NCBI GenBank assembly: GCA_944372425.1 | Contig: CALVZC010000005.1 | Span: 332-64,331 of the forward strand | Length of the DNA stretch: 64,000 nucleotides | Origin: an uncultured Bacilli bacterium | GTDB taxonomy: Bacteria > Bacillota_I > Bacilli_A > RF39 > UBA660 | Reading direction: 5' to 3' | Part shown: positions 48,422 to 59,300 of the stretch, one piece after another | How positions within the stretch are numbered: the first letter of the stretch is position 1 | How the letters are laid out: every line of letters begins with the position of its first letter | Translations under genes and position numbers: made by a program | Notes under the pieces: generated by a model | The model's database searches: none | What the model saw: only the letters and a program-made list of their open reading frames with translations | Told to the model about the DNA's origin: nothing

Positions 48422-49648
48422 ATGAATATTATTGACATTATTAATAAAAAACGCAATAGATTGGAATTAACTAGAGAAGAATTAGAATATGCTTTTAATG
48501 GATACATAAGAAAAGAAGTAAAAGATTATCAGATGTCATCATTATTAATGGCTATTTGTATAAACAATTTGACTGATCAAGAAGTTTTTGACCTAGTAGA
48601 CGTTTTTATAAAAAGTGGGGATATTATTGATTTATCTAGTGTTCCAGGAATAAAAGTTGACAAGCATTCTACTGGTGGTGTTGGTGATAAAACTACACTA
48701 ATTGTTGCTCCAATTGTAGCATCGTTAGGAATAAAAGTACCTAAAATGAGTGGTAGAGGATTAGGATATACAGGGGGTACAATCGATAAACTTGAAAGTA
48801 TTCCAGGGTTTAAAGTTAATTTAACAAAAGAGGAATTTGTAAAGGAGTTAAGTGATATTGGAATGGTTGTTTGTAGTCAGACAGATTCTTTAGTACCTTT
48901 AGATAAAGAAATTTATACGTTAAGAGATGTTACAGCAACTGTTGAATCTATACCGTTGATAGCAGTTAGTATAATGAGTAAAAAAATTGCAAGTGGTGCA
49001 GATAAAATTTTAATTGATATAAAAGCAGGTAAGGGAGCATTAGTAAAAACAGAGCATGATGCAAAACTTCTTAGGGATTTGATGATAAGAATAGGTAGTA
49101 AGTATAACAAAGAAGTAAATTGTATAATTTCTAATATGGATATTCCTTTGGGTATATGTGTTGGGAATGCTTTAGAGGTTGCTGAAGCCGTTGAAATATT
49201 AGATGGAAGAATAAAAAACAATTTGTATGATTTATCATTAGAAATAGCAAGCAATATGATTAGTATGGGAAAAGGAATTTCTATAATTGCGGCACGAGAT
49301 GAAGCGATAGAGGCGATAAATTCTAAAAAAGCATATAATAAATTTATGGAATTTGTTTCTTATCAAAAAGGGGATATTGAAAGTATGCTTATTAGTGATA
49401 AGAAAATAGAAATAGCAGCAACAAAAAGTGGTATTGTTACTTTTATTGATGCATATAAGGTTAGTGAGGTTTCTTGTAAGTTAGGAAGTGGAAGATTAAC
49501 TAAAGATGATGTTATAGATCCAACAGTAGGTGTATTTTTAAATAAACAAGTTGGTGATTCAGTCGAAGTTGGAGATATTATATGTACAATTTATTATAAT
49601 AAAGTAAAAGATGATTTTGATATAGCAAAAGCATTTACAATACAATGA
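48422..49648 (+). CDS. pdp: pyrimidine-nucleoside (thymidine) phosphorylase
   Basis: DKHSTGGVGDKT, KMSGRGLG.TGGTIDKLESIPG, SIMSKKIA. Confidence 0.95.
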   Translation: MNIIDIINKKRNRLELTREELEYAFNGYIRKEVKDYQMSSLLMAICINNLTDQEVFDLVDVFIKSGDIIDLSSVPGIKVDKHSTGGVGDKTTLIVAPIVASLGIKVPKMSGRGLGYTGGTIDKLESIPGFKVNLTKEEFVKELSDIGMVVCSQTDSLVPLDKEIYTLRDVTATVESIPLIAVSIMSKKIASGADKILIDIKAGKGALVKTEHDAKLLRDLMIRIGSKYNKEVNCIISNMDIPLGICVGNALEVAEAVEILDGRIKNNLYDLSLEIASNMISMGKGISIIAARDEAIEAINSKKAYNKFMEFVSYQKGDIESMLISDKKIEIAATKSGIVTFIDAYKVSEVSCKLGSGRLTKDDVIDPTVGVFLNKQVGDSVEVGDIICTIYYNKVKDDFDIAKAFTIQ

Positions 49649-50063
49649 TAGAACTACTATTTTAGTAGTTTTTTAAAAATAATAATATTATTTTAGTATT
49701 GCTTAAAAAAATAAAAAAATTATAGTATCTTTTTTTAAATAAAAATTGATTAATATTATAATTGTAATTAATTATATAATGCTCTTTTATTCGTTTGTAT
49801 TTTTTATTTAAAAAAGGCTTTATTATTTATTTTTAAATAATATGATAATCAGTAGTACCATTGCTTTATAATTTCTTTTATACTATACTTCATTCATAAT
49901 GTTAATAAATAAATCATGTTAGGTACTATATTGAAAAATATGATTATTAATATGATATAAAAATGGTTCTTAATAGAAAAGGTTAGAGAATTTGTAACCG
50001 AAAACTATTATAATCATTTTAACATAAAATAAGTGTTATTATAAAATTTACAAGGGGAGCAAA

Positions 50064-50912
50064 ATGACTAAAGAATTTAAAGGCAAACATTTTAAATTTC
50101 TTTGCATAATTTGTTTTGCACTATGTTTTTTTGCTTTTATGCTTACTGAAGTTTTTATAAATGAACGTTGTGTTGAAATTCTTGAAAGTAGTGCAGTAAA
50201 TGTTATTTACACTTTAGGACTTGTTTTTACAGGATTTGGTTTTCTTTCTTTTCCAATATTTTGCAAATTATGTAAAGCAGAGAAATTGAGAAAAATAGTA
50301 GTATTCAATGTCAGTTTTTTATGTTTTTTATCATCTATAGTTTTATTGATCACAGAAAATATAATTTCCTATTCTAAGCATAGTCAGAAAGGCCAAAAAA
50401 CAGCTATTACTTTAATTGTTTCCGTTTTATTGATGAGCTTTGTAGTGGGAATAATTGATAGTGTGTTAACATCTTTTAATGCCGAAAGGGAATATGCTAT
50501 ATATAGTGGTGTTCGATTATTTTATGCACTTGGATTAATTTTAGCAGGGTTTGTTGCAGACATGCAAAAAAGAGATTATTTACCACTTGCTACTGTGTGT
50601 GCTCTTTTACTTTCTTCTTTAGTTGGCGTTCAATTTTTTCAAAACAAAATTTCAAATAGAATGCCACAAATTTGTTTTAATGTTGCTTTAGTATCGTTAA
50701 TAATAAGTGCTTTTCTTGGTATACCAGAAACACCAACTTTTAAGGATATGGCTATTTTAGATCAAGAAAAAATAGATGAGTATTATGAAAAAAATCGTAT
50801 TCCTGATGCTAATGTTATTTCGGAAATAGAAGAGCTTATTGATGAAGGAAAATATGACGAAGCAAAAACTTTGGTAAACAAATTACAAGTTTTGTTTTTT
50901 CTTTTTATATAA
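50064..50912 (+). CDS. membrane protein, possibly a mosaic or eroded ORF
   Basis: Many hydrophobic segments with abrupt compositional joins and a charged C-terminal part. Confidence 0.45.
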   Translation: MTKEFKGKHFKFLCIICFALCFFAFMLTEVFINERCVEILESSAVNVIYTLGLVFTGFGFLSFPIFCKLCKAEKLRKIVVFNVSFLCFLSSIVLLITENIISYSKHSQKGQKTAITLIVSVLLMSFVVGIIDSVLTSFNAEREYAIYSGVRLFYALGLILAGFVADMQKRDYLPLATVCALLLSSLVGVQFFQNKISNRMPQICFNVALVSLIISAFLGIPETPTFKDMAILDQEKIDEYYEKNRIPDANVISEIEELIDEGKYDEAKTLVNKLQVLFFLFI

Positions 50913-51006
50913 ATAATTATTTATGAATTTAAACTGATTTTTAATGACTGTATATTTGTAAATGATGTGAAACAAAAAAATATGAAGTTAATTCAAGGTA
51001 ATTGAG

Positions 51007-51941
51007 TTAATTTTTTTGTTCTAAATATATTCTTTGTTCATTAGGAGTTCTATAATTTAAAACTGCCATAGGAATATTATTTGATCTTTTTAGGTATAAT
51101 TTTGCTTGATATCTTAAATCTTCAAGTGAATAAAATTTTAGTGTGTTATAAAATCTTTCATTATCATTTCTATGACTTCTTTCTACTTTACCATTGTGTC
51201 TTGGTGTTCTAGGTTTAATTAGTTTATGAGTTATCTTTAAAGAGCTTAATAACAGATTTAAAGGATGAGTTTTATCAGTTTTAATAGTATAAGTAAATTC
51301 TTGACCATTATCAGTTTGTATAATTTGACGCTTATAACCAAAATAAATAATGGCACGTTTAACAAAATCAATTATAGAATAAGAAGACTGTTCTTTATAT
51401 GGATAAATAAAACTTTCTTTTGAAGCTTCATCAATAACTGTATATTTATAAAATTTATCAGGCAACTTACCAACATAATAATCTTTAGGAACAACTTTAA
51501 CATTCATTTGCCATTTAATACCAATATTAGTAGGAGTATCATATTTTTTAGGAATATATTTAGAATGATATTTTTTATTAATATTATATTTAAGTTTTAT
51601 AACAATTCTAAATAAAGAACAAGCATGTCTAGAATAACCTTTTTCAATATGTAATTTCCCATAAAGTTCACAAAGAGAAATATTGGGATTTTTTCTAATA
51701 TAATTTTTAAACCAAGATAGTTCTTCATCAGTATTAGAGTTAGAATGTTTTGAAAGAGGTTTATGAGATTTATCAATTAAAGAATCCATAGTACCATCAA
51801 ATTTTTATTTCAACATATAAGAGAATCTTTAGAACATTTATATCTCCTACAAACAAAAGAGATAGGATTTCCATTTTTATATAATAAAATAGCATAATAC
51901 TTAATATTTAAACTATGAGAATAATGTGATATACTTGTCAT
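51007..51941 (-). pseudogene. IS481-family DDE transposase remnant
   Basis: QTDNGQEF, PRTPRHNGKVERSHR. The first catalytic Asp reads N (WQMNVK). The N-terminal HTH (ATG 51941) is cut off by a frameshift/stop near 51810. Confidence 0.82.
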
Positions 51942-52217
51942 AGCAATAAGTCCTTCTTTCTAAATGATAAGGAAGTTAAAGTATTTATAAATTTAGATTA
52001 TTATAATAAGTTTATTGTTTATAGAAAAAATAAAGATGTTTTTTTACTGACCGAGGAGTGCTATTCTATTTGGAATTCCATCAAATTTAATAAAAGGTAT
52101 ATTGGTTTGGAAAATTTATGAAAAAGATGATAAAATATTAAGTGAAATAAAAACTTTATTACTAAATTGCTATATATGTAATTTAGAAGGAAAAGTTATT
52201 ATAATTCAGGAGGAAAA

Positions 52218-54299
52218 ATGGAAAAATATAGAGAACTGTATAATTCAATTACTAACCCATTAGATGATGATACGGTAATTAGTGATTTAATATCTGCTTA
52301 TGCAGAACAAAAAAATATATATTCGTACTTAACCAAAGTACATGTTGATGATAAAGAATATAAAGGACAATATTATCCACAAATTAAAGATAAGCTATAT
52401 GCTAAATTATTTAAGATATGGAAAGAAAATGTGTTAAGTTTAACAGATAGACAAGTTGATTGGTTAATTCAACATAGCAGTAGTGTTGAAGAAGACTATC
52501 ATCAATTAAGAACATATTTAAAAACTGTTCCTGATATAAAAACAAAACAAGAATTTATGGAACTAGTTTATAAAGATGAAAATAATTTAATTGAAAAATA
52601 TGGTTGGCAAAGTCTTGGAAAATATTCTGGTTGGACTCATATAAGTTCAAGATATTTGACAGCCAGAAAAGAAGCAGGATTTGAAATTGAGCATAGATTA
52701 TATCTTAATACTGAAAGTATAGATACAGAAGCCGTTGCCTCTTTTTTTATAGATAAATGTATGGAAAAGAAAATACCATTTTATTTTAAATATGATGAAT
52801 ATGGAAACAGAGATGATACGATAGTTATTTATTCTGACACAGAACATTTAGAGCAATATATTACTATATTAAGAGAATTAAAAAAAGAAAATGTAGAATT
52901 GTTTTCTAGGACACACCAACCACCAATACTAACTGGTAAAATCGACAATTGGATTGGTTATGGAGCAGAACCTCAAGTACTTCCAAATGGTGAAAGGACT
53001 TCATTTAATGAAGTAAGATCAAAAGCAATTGAAAAAGGAATAAAATCAGCAGTTAGCAATTGGATTTATGATCATCAAAATGATTTAATTAATTATAATG
53101 GTAATAGAATAACCTTATCCGAATATTTAACAATTAAAATTACTGAAAAAATAATTACTAGTTATAAAGATGATATTGATAGATATGCTGAAAAAGGAAT
53201 GGTTCAGCAATTTTATGATATATATGGTTTAGTTCCCAATGATTTTATTAAAGGAAATTTAAAGCAAGTTATAGAACATTATGCAAAACAAAATATAGCA
53301 ACTGTTATTGCAAGTAGAAAAAACAATAAAACTTTAGATAAAAAAATAAACATTCCTACACGAGATGGTAAAAAAATTGGAATTTACGATAGTGACTTTG
53401 ATACTATTTTTAGAAAAGTTACTAAACAAATTATTAAACATGATCCAAACTTTAAAAAAACAGTAAAAGATGCCATTGTAAGAGAATCAAAAACTATGGG
53501 AATAGATACAGACAAATATTGTTTTGATATTGCATCTAGAGATAAATTATTAACATATCAAGAGCCAGTTAATAAACAACAAGATAATAGATCAAGTTCA
53601 AAAGATGGTTATGTGGTTGATGTATCAACTATATGTGATAAATTAAATCCTGCTTTGATGGAGAGAAAATTAAGATATCCAAATGGTGTAGAAACTTCTG
53701 CAGTACAGTATATACAAGAATATTTTTATCCATTCATTCCAGAAGATGGTTTCTTTACTTTAAAAAATGGTGCTAGAATTACTTATAGACAATTTATAGA
53801 AGAATTTGTTATGTATGTCGGGCAAACTAAGTATAATGGTGACGTTGCTAGGCTATTAGAAGCAACCACTAAAAAGAATCAAGGTTTAATAACTATAAAT
53901 AATGGTACCGAAAGTATTAGTTTTCATCCAGTAGAAATTACTAATTATTTGAATCCTGCTTTGATGGAGAGAAAATTAAGATATCCAAATGGTACAGAAA
54001 CTTCTGCAGTACAATATATACAAGAATATTTTTCGCCATATATTCCCGAAAATGGTATGATAATATTAAAAAATGGACATGATATTCCAGTAAAACAATT
54101 TATAGAAGAATTCGTTATGTTTGAGGGGCAAACTAAATATAATGGTGATATTGCTAGACTAATGGAAGCAACTACTAGAAGTAATCATGGTAATGTTTTT
54201 TTTGATAGGAAAAAAGAATATCAAAAACAAAAAGAATTAAAAACAATGTTAAGTGATAGTCAAGCACAAACTATTACTGACAGTGGTATAAAGAGATAG
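52218..54299 (+). CDS. HopA1-like (phosphothreonine-lyase-fold-like) domain protein with two C-terminal ~70-aa repeats
   Basis: HRLYLN...FYFK......RDDTIVIY...GYGAEP...SFNEVR. LNPALMERKLRYPNG.ETSAVQYIQEYF...GQTKYNGD.ARL.EATT occurs twice. Confidence 0.6.
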   Translation: MEKYRELYNSITNPLDDDTVISDLISAYAEQKNIYSYLTKVHVDDKEYKGQYYPQIKDKLYAKLFKIWKENVLSLTDRQVDWLIQHSSSVEEDYHQLRTYLKTVPDIKTKQEFMELVYKDENNLIEKYGWQSLGKYSGWTHISSRYLTARKEAGFEIEHRLYLNTESIDTEAVASFFIDKCMEKKIPFYFKYDEYGNRDDTIVIYSDTEHLEQYITILRELKKENVELFSRTHQPPILTGKIDNWIGYGAEPQVLPNGERTSFNEVRSKAIEKGIKSAVSNWIYDHQNDLINYNGNRITLSEYLTIKITEKIITSYKDDIDRYAEKGMVQQFYDIYGLVPNDFIKGNLKQVIEHYAKQNIATVIASRKNNKTLDKKINIPTRDGKKIGIYDSDFDTIFRKVTKQIIKHDPNFKKTVKDAIVRESKTMGIDTDKYCFDIASRDKLLTYQEPVNKQQDNRSSSKDGYVVDVSTICDKLNPALMERKLRYPNGVETSAVQYIQEYFYPFIPEDGFFTLKNGARITYRQFIEEFVMYVGQTKYNGDVARLLEATTKKNQGLITINNGTESISFHPVEITNYLNPALMERKLRYPNGTETSAVQYIQEYFSPYIPENGMIILKNGHDIPVKQFIEEFVMFEGQTKYNGDIARLMEATTRSNHGNVFFDRKKEYQKQKELKTMLSDSQAQTITDSGIKR

Positions 54300-54310
54300 G
54301 AGAATTTTTT

Positions 54311-54775
54311 ATGAACGAATCACAAAATAATGAATTATTAGAAATTCAAAAAGCTCAGCTAGAAACACAAAAACAATTATTACAAATGCAACAAGAGCAA
54401 AGAAAATTTACAATTTTACAAAGGGAAAGGACAATGACGGAAGAAAGCAGAAAAAAAACTATTTCTTCTATAATTGCTGCAACTTGTATTTTAGATGCAG
54501 GAGTGGCTTTACATTTCAACGGATTAAATCCAAACGAAATTATTCAACACGAATTAGGTGCTATATATTCTTGGGAATCATTAGGACAATATTTTCAAGA
54601 TCTTGGACCTATGGTCACTTTATTAAGTGCAACAGCGGGTGGATTTATTGCAAAAGCATTCAAACATAATAAAAAATACAAAGATGCCCAACATCAATTT
54701 GAAGATATGAATGTTTCATTACAAAATAGTAGTAGTCAAAGTATGGAGGTTGAAAATAATGTTAAGACAAGGTGA
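54311..54775 (+). CDS. hypothetical protein (Q-rich coiled coil + two hydrophobic helices)
   Basis: AGGAG RBS, 11 bp after the previous stop. Confidence 0.7.
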   Translation: MNESQNNELLEIQKAQLETQKQLLQMQQEQRKFTILQRERTMTEESRKKTISSIIAATCILDAGVALHFNGLNPNEIIQHELGAIYSWESLGQYFQDLGPMVTLLSATAGGFIAKAFKHNKKYKDAQHQFEDMNVSLQNSSSQSMEVENNVKTR

Positions 54776-54989
54776 GATATTAACTTTATCCGATAATAAA
54801 AAATATACAGTTGTTTCCACTACTGAAATTGATAATAAATTTTATGCTTATTTAATTGATCGAGATGATTATACAAATATTATGTTTTGCAAATATGAAA
54901 ATAATGAATTAGAAGAAGTTGTAGATCAAGAACTTATTGAAAAATTAATGATATTATTTAAAAACAATCTAAATCAAGAGATGAAATAA
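54759..54989 (+). CDS. small acidic DUF1292-like protein
   Basis: GGAGGT RBS before ATG54759. ILTLSDNKKY.V......YAYL...LEEV.D.EL.EK...F. Confidence 0.6.
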   Translation: MLRQGEILTLSDNKKYTVVSTTEIDNKFYAYLIDRDDYTNIMFCKYENNELEEVVDQELIEKLMILFKNNLNQEMK

Positions 54990-55078
54990 TAGTAAGGACT
55001 AATTTATGTTAGTTCCTTTTGCATAATGAAAATTTATAAAATTAATAATTAGTCGTTAATATATGACTAATTTTTTTT

Positions 55079-56300
55079 AATAATTAAAAAGTCAAGTGCA
55101 ACAAATGAATAATCTAAATACAATTCACTTTTGCTTGCAGTTTATATATTTTATTTATTATATTCTTATCATCAAACTCCTCTAGAAGTTCTTCTAGAGG
55201 AGTTTGATAATTCAAACTTTTTCTTGGATAATTATTCATCCAAATTGCAATATTATCAATATCATCACATGAATAATTTTCTATTAATGTTTTTTTAGAA
55301 ATAAAATATCTAATCATACTATTTTGTTTTTCATTAGTGCCTTTTTATCCAGAACAGTAAGGATGACAAAAGTATATTTTTGTTTTTTAATTTTTAATTA
55401 TTCCTAAAAAGTCAGAAAATTCCGAACCATTGTCAGTAGAAAATGATTTAAATATTTTATTGTAATATTTGTTCATAATAACTTCATTTGATTTATTTTA
55501 TTAACAACATTTTCAGAAGTTTTTGAAGATACTTTAAAAATTATTTCAAACTTAGTTTTTCTTTTTGTGATAGTTAAAAGACATTCATGTTTACCACGAT
55601 TAGTTCCAATCATTGTATCGATTTCAAAATGTCCAAAAATAGAACGATTATTAATTTCTTCGGGCCTATTTTCAATACTATAAGGTATTTTGTTAATAGA
55701 AACAGACTTTTTATCTTTATATTGATATTCAGATTCATATTTCATTCTTCTAGTGCCCTCGATTTTAACGTTTATAATACCATACCGAATAGCATTATAA
55801 ATAGTAGGAGTAGTAATTGAAGTAAAACCATTTTTAGTAAAATAATTATGGGTTTTCATATAACCAACAATCGAATCAGGAGCCCATTTATCCATTTTAA
55901 TTTTATTTTCAATATATTTGGCCATAACAGAATATTTGCGTAGTTTATATTCACCTTTAGATAAACCACGTTTAAATAAATAATCATTTTGTGCATCTGT
56001 AGAATTATAAGATTTTTCAATAGTTCTTCCTGATCTAACCATAAAACGATAAGACTTTCTATTTCTAAGTTCTCTTGAGATAGTAGAGCGATGAACACCT
56101 AGATAATTAGCAATATAAGAATTATTAAATAATCTTTTACCATTTTTTCCTTTTTGACTAACTAAAGCTTGAATTTTAATACGGTAAGATTCCTTTAAGT
56201 GATGGTATTGATTTTTCTTTCTTTTTTAGCGAAGAGTTATTATAGATTATTTATATGTCTTTTTCAATGCATTTTTGTTGCACTTCAAATTTAAATTAAC
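55079..56300 (-). mobile_element. IS30-family insertion sequence, fragmented transposase
   Basis: Imperfect terminal IRs with core AAGTGCAACAAA (about 55094, and the reverse complement at about 56274-56285). Fragments IANYLGVHRSTISREL, GHFEIDT, DNGSEF and NNYPRKSLNY lie in several frames. Confidence 0.88.
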
Positions 56301-56363
56301 AAAAGTTAAACTATACCAAATTTATCAAAACATATGATATAATACTAATGTAGGTGATAATAG

Positions 56364-59300
56364 ATGAATTATAAATATCACAGAAGACAAATATTTGGAA
56401 AAAGGTTAAAGGTTCCAAAATACATTTTAAATAAAGTATATAATTGTACTCTATCTTTTAATGAATTTATTGAATATCAATTAGATGACAAAATACCAAT
56501 TTCATGTATTGTTGCATATGATAGAAAAATAGTTGAGAAATTTGGTATAGATAAGTGTAAAGAATTAGATTGGGAGTTAATAAATAATGGAATAACCGAC
56601 AATAATATAAATTTTAGGAATATGCTAATGTCTATTAGCTCACAAACGGAAGATATTAACCAAACTTTATATAAACTAGTTAAAAATCAAATAAAACCCA
56701 GCGATTATTCACAAAAAATGTCTGAAATATATTCCGCTAGATTATTTAAAATTTCTCCTTATAGCAAAGATGAATTTGTGCATTTAAAAAAAAGCTTTAA
56801 TGATGGTAAAATTAGCTTAAAAGAAATAATTAGCAATTGGGAGCTATTTAAAGATAAAGATTTAAGTTATTGTTTACTAAAAGATACAGCAAATGAAAAT
56901 CATATTACAGATGCTATGCTAAAAGAACTTATGTCTAATTATGGTATTTTGATATCCTTGATAGTAGAAAATAATGATGCTTATACATTTATTAACAACT
57001 TTTCTAATCTTTCTAGTGAGGAAGAAAAACACGATTATTTAAAACAATTTACAGATAATATATTAAGCAAAACTTATGGAAATTATGGTAATAATAGGCC
57101 ACCTATTAAGCTTACAGATAAGCAATATAGGGAGATATTTAAATATTCATCGATTGAAGAATATTTAAAGGTATTTAATTATGGTAATTTGCCTGAAAAA
57201 TTAATTAATGAATTGCAAGAACTTCCTGAAGATTATTTATTTAATATGCCTATCCCTTTTTCGACATTATTAGATTTCAGCGTTTTATCATTTATTGAAA
57301 CTTGTGGTTTAAGAAATATTGTTGATTTTGATAATGAATGTGGCCATTTTTTTACTAAAAACAACTGTGAAATACTAAAATTAATGAATGGAATGTATTT
57401 TCAATATGGAAATTACACTATAGATAAAAATGATGATAGATTATATACTAAAGATGAATTTTATGAAGTAATGAGAAAAATTATAATTTATGGTCCAAGT
57501 GATAGCAGATATGATGATAAAATTCCTGATTATAGAGAAATAATAGGTGACTTCAGAGAAAAAAATTCAGATTTATTTATTTCAGAACAAGCACCTGAAG
57601 AATTGCAAAAACTATTTTACACGAAATCACTTACTCCACAAATATTATTAGAACATCCAGAATATATTCAATATTTAAATGGAAAAAATTTAATTTCATG
57701 CTTTAAAAATAGAGAAATAATAGTTAAAGATAGCAATGGATTATATGCTGATGAAAATATTTATAAATTTCTTAGTAGTAAAACAAATTTTAATGGTATT
57801 ATGAATTTTATTACTGAATATAGTGACGTTTTAGATATAGTTTTTAATCATTATATGGTACACATTATAGGGTATAAAACTATATTTACAATTGACGATG
57901 ATATAAATCAAATTGAAGATAAAATACATGAAACATTAAGGAAAATTATTATTGAAAATAATTTAGCGTATCCTCATCATATTCCTAAACATTTAATTGA
58001 AAAATGCCCAACAATGTTTTTAGATAAAAATGCTCCTAAAGAATTGCAAGAAGCTTTTTATAGTAGAACAATATCATCGGAATTTATTTTGTCGAATCCT
58101 TCTTATAGAGAATATTTAAAGAATGTTGATTTAGAGATTTTGTTTAAATATATGTCTGTAAAGATTATAAGTGAGGGTAAATATAGACAGATTAATTTAG
58201 TTAGTAGTATTAAACAGATATTTGGCTCAGATGATGCTTTTGATGTAATGCTTTTATATGGAAAATATATTGAAAAAGTTTTTGAAGACAATAAATTAGA
58301 AGATTTGGTGCTTAATTCAAACTTTTCTAAAGATGCCTTGTTAGATAAATTAGATGAAACAATATTGAAAAATATTATTGATGGAAATATGAAATATGAT
58401 GAAAATATTCCTAGTCATTTCAAAAATAATAATCCAACATTGTTTTTAGGTGCAAATGTACCACAAGAAATTAAAAATAAGTTTTATAATAGAGAATTTA
58501 CAATAAAAGATTTTAGTGATAATCCAGAACTATTTGATATATTTGGCAAAACAAATATTGCTTGTGGTTTTTCAAAAAGCATGTCATGGATTATTCCTTT
58601 GTTTGGTAATTATGAAAATTTAACAATAGCAAATTACAATCGTATGAAAGTGATTTTAGCATATTCTAAAATACAGGATGTTCAAATTCAAAAGGAATTT
58701 AAAAAATATGTTATGGAGTTAGGTGCTAACATCGATGTAGAAAAAATAGAATATGTCTCTGAAGTATTATCAAGATTATCATTATCAAATTCAAGTGAAA
58801 TATTTGCATTTAGAAAAGAAATTGCTACACAAATATTAAGAACAGAAGATCCTTTGGAAAGTTTAAGTAAAATCGAAGCTGTATTTATAAAAAATAATAT
58901 TCCTACTGTTGGAAAAATTTATTCTTGTTTCGAAATACTGCATCCCGATTTTCAAGGATTTGATTTTGAAAGGTCAATGATATCACCTGTACTAAAAAAA
59001 TCATCAACAACAGGTAAAAAAGTAATAGTATTGTCTGATTTGATTAAATCTTCATTTGGATCCAATAATAGGTCAGTTAATTCGTATTTAAAAAATATAG
59101 AATTTTGCTCTAATTTATATGAAAGGATAAAATCAGGACAAATTTTATTTAATTCGCTTGGAGAAGTAGAAATTGGAGAATTAACTACTTTTTGCAATCA
59201 TTTAGCTACTTTGTATAATAATACAATGAAAGCGAAAAAAGGAAATGATACATTTAAATCAACAGGACATGTTTTAACAGATATTTTAGAACTTTCAAAA

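Noticed and set aside
51007-56300. Composite transposon carrying the HopA1-like operon
   Set aside because: The flanking elements belong to different families (IS481 and IS30), both are broken, and no shared target duplication was seen.
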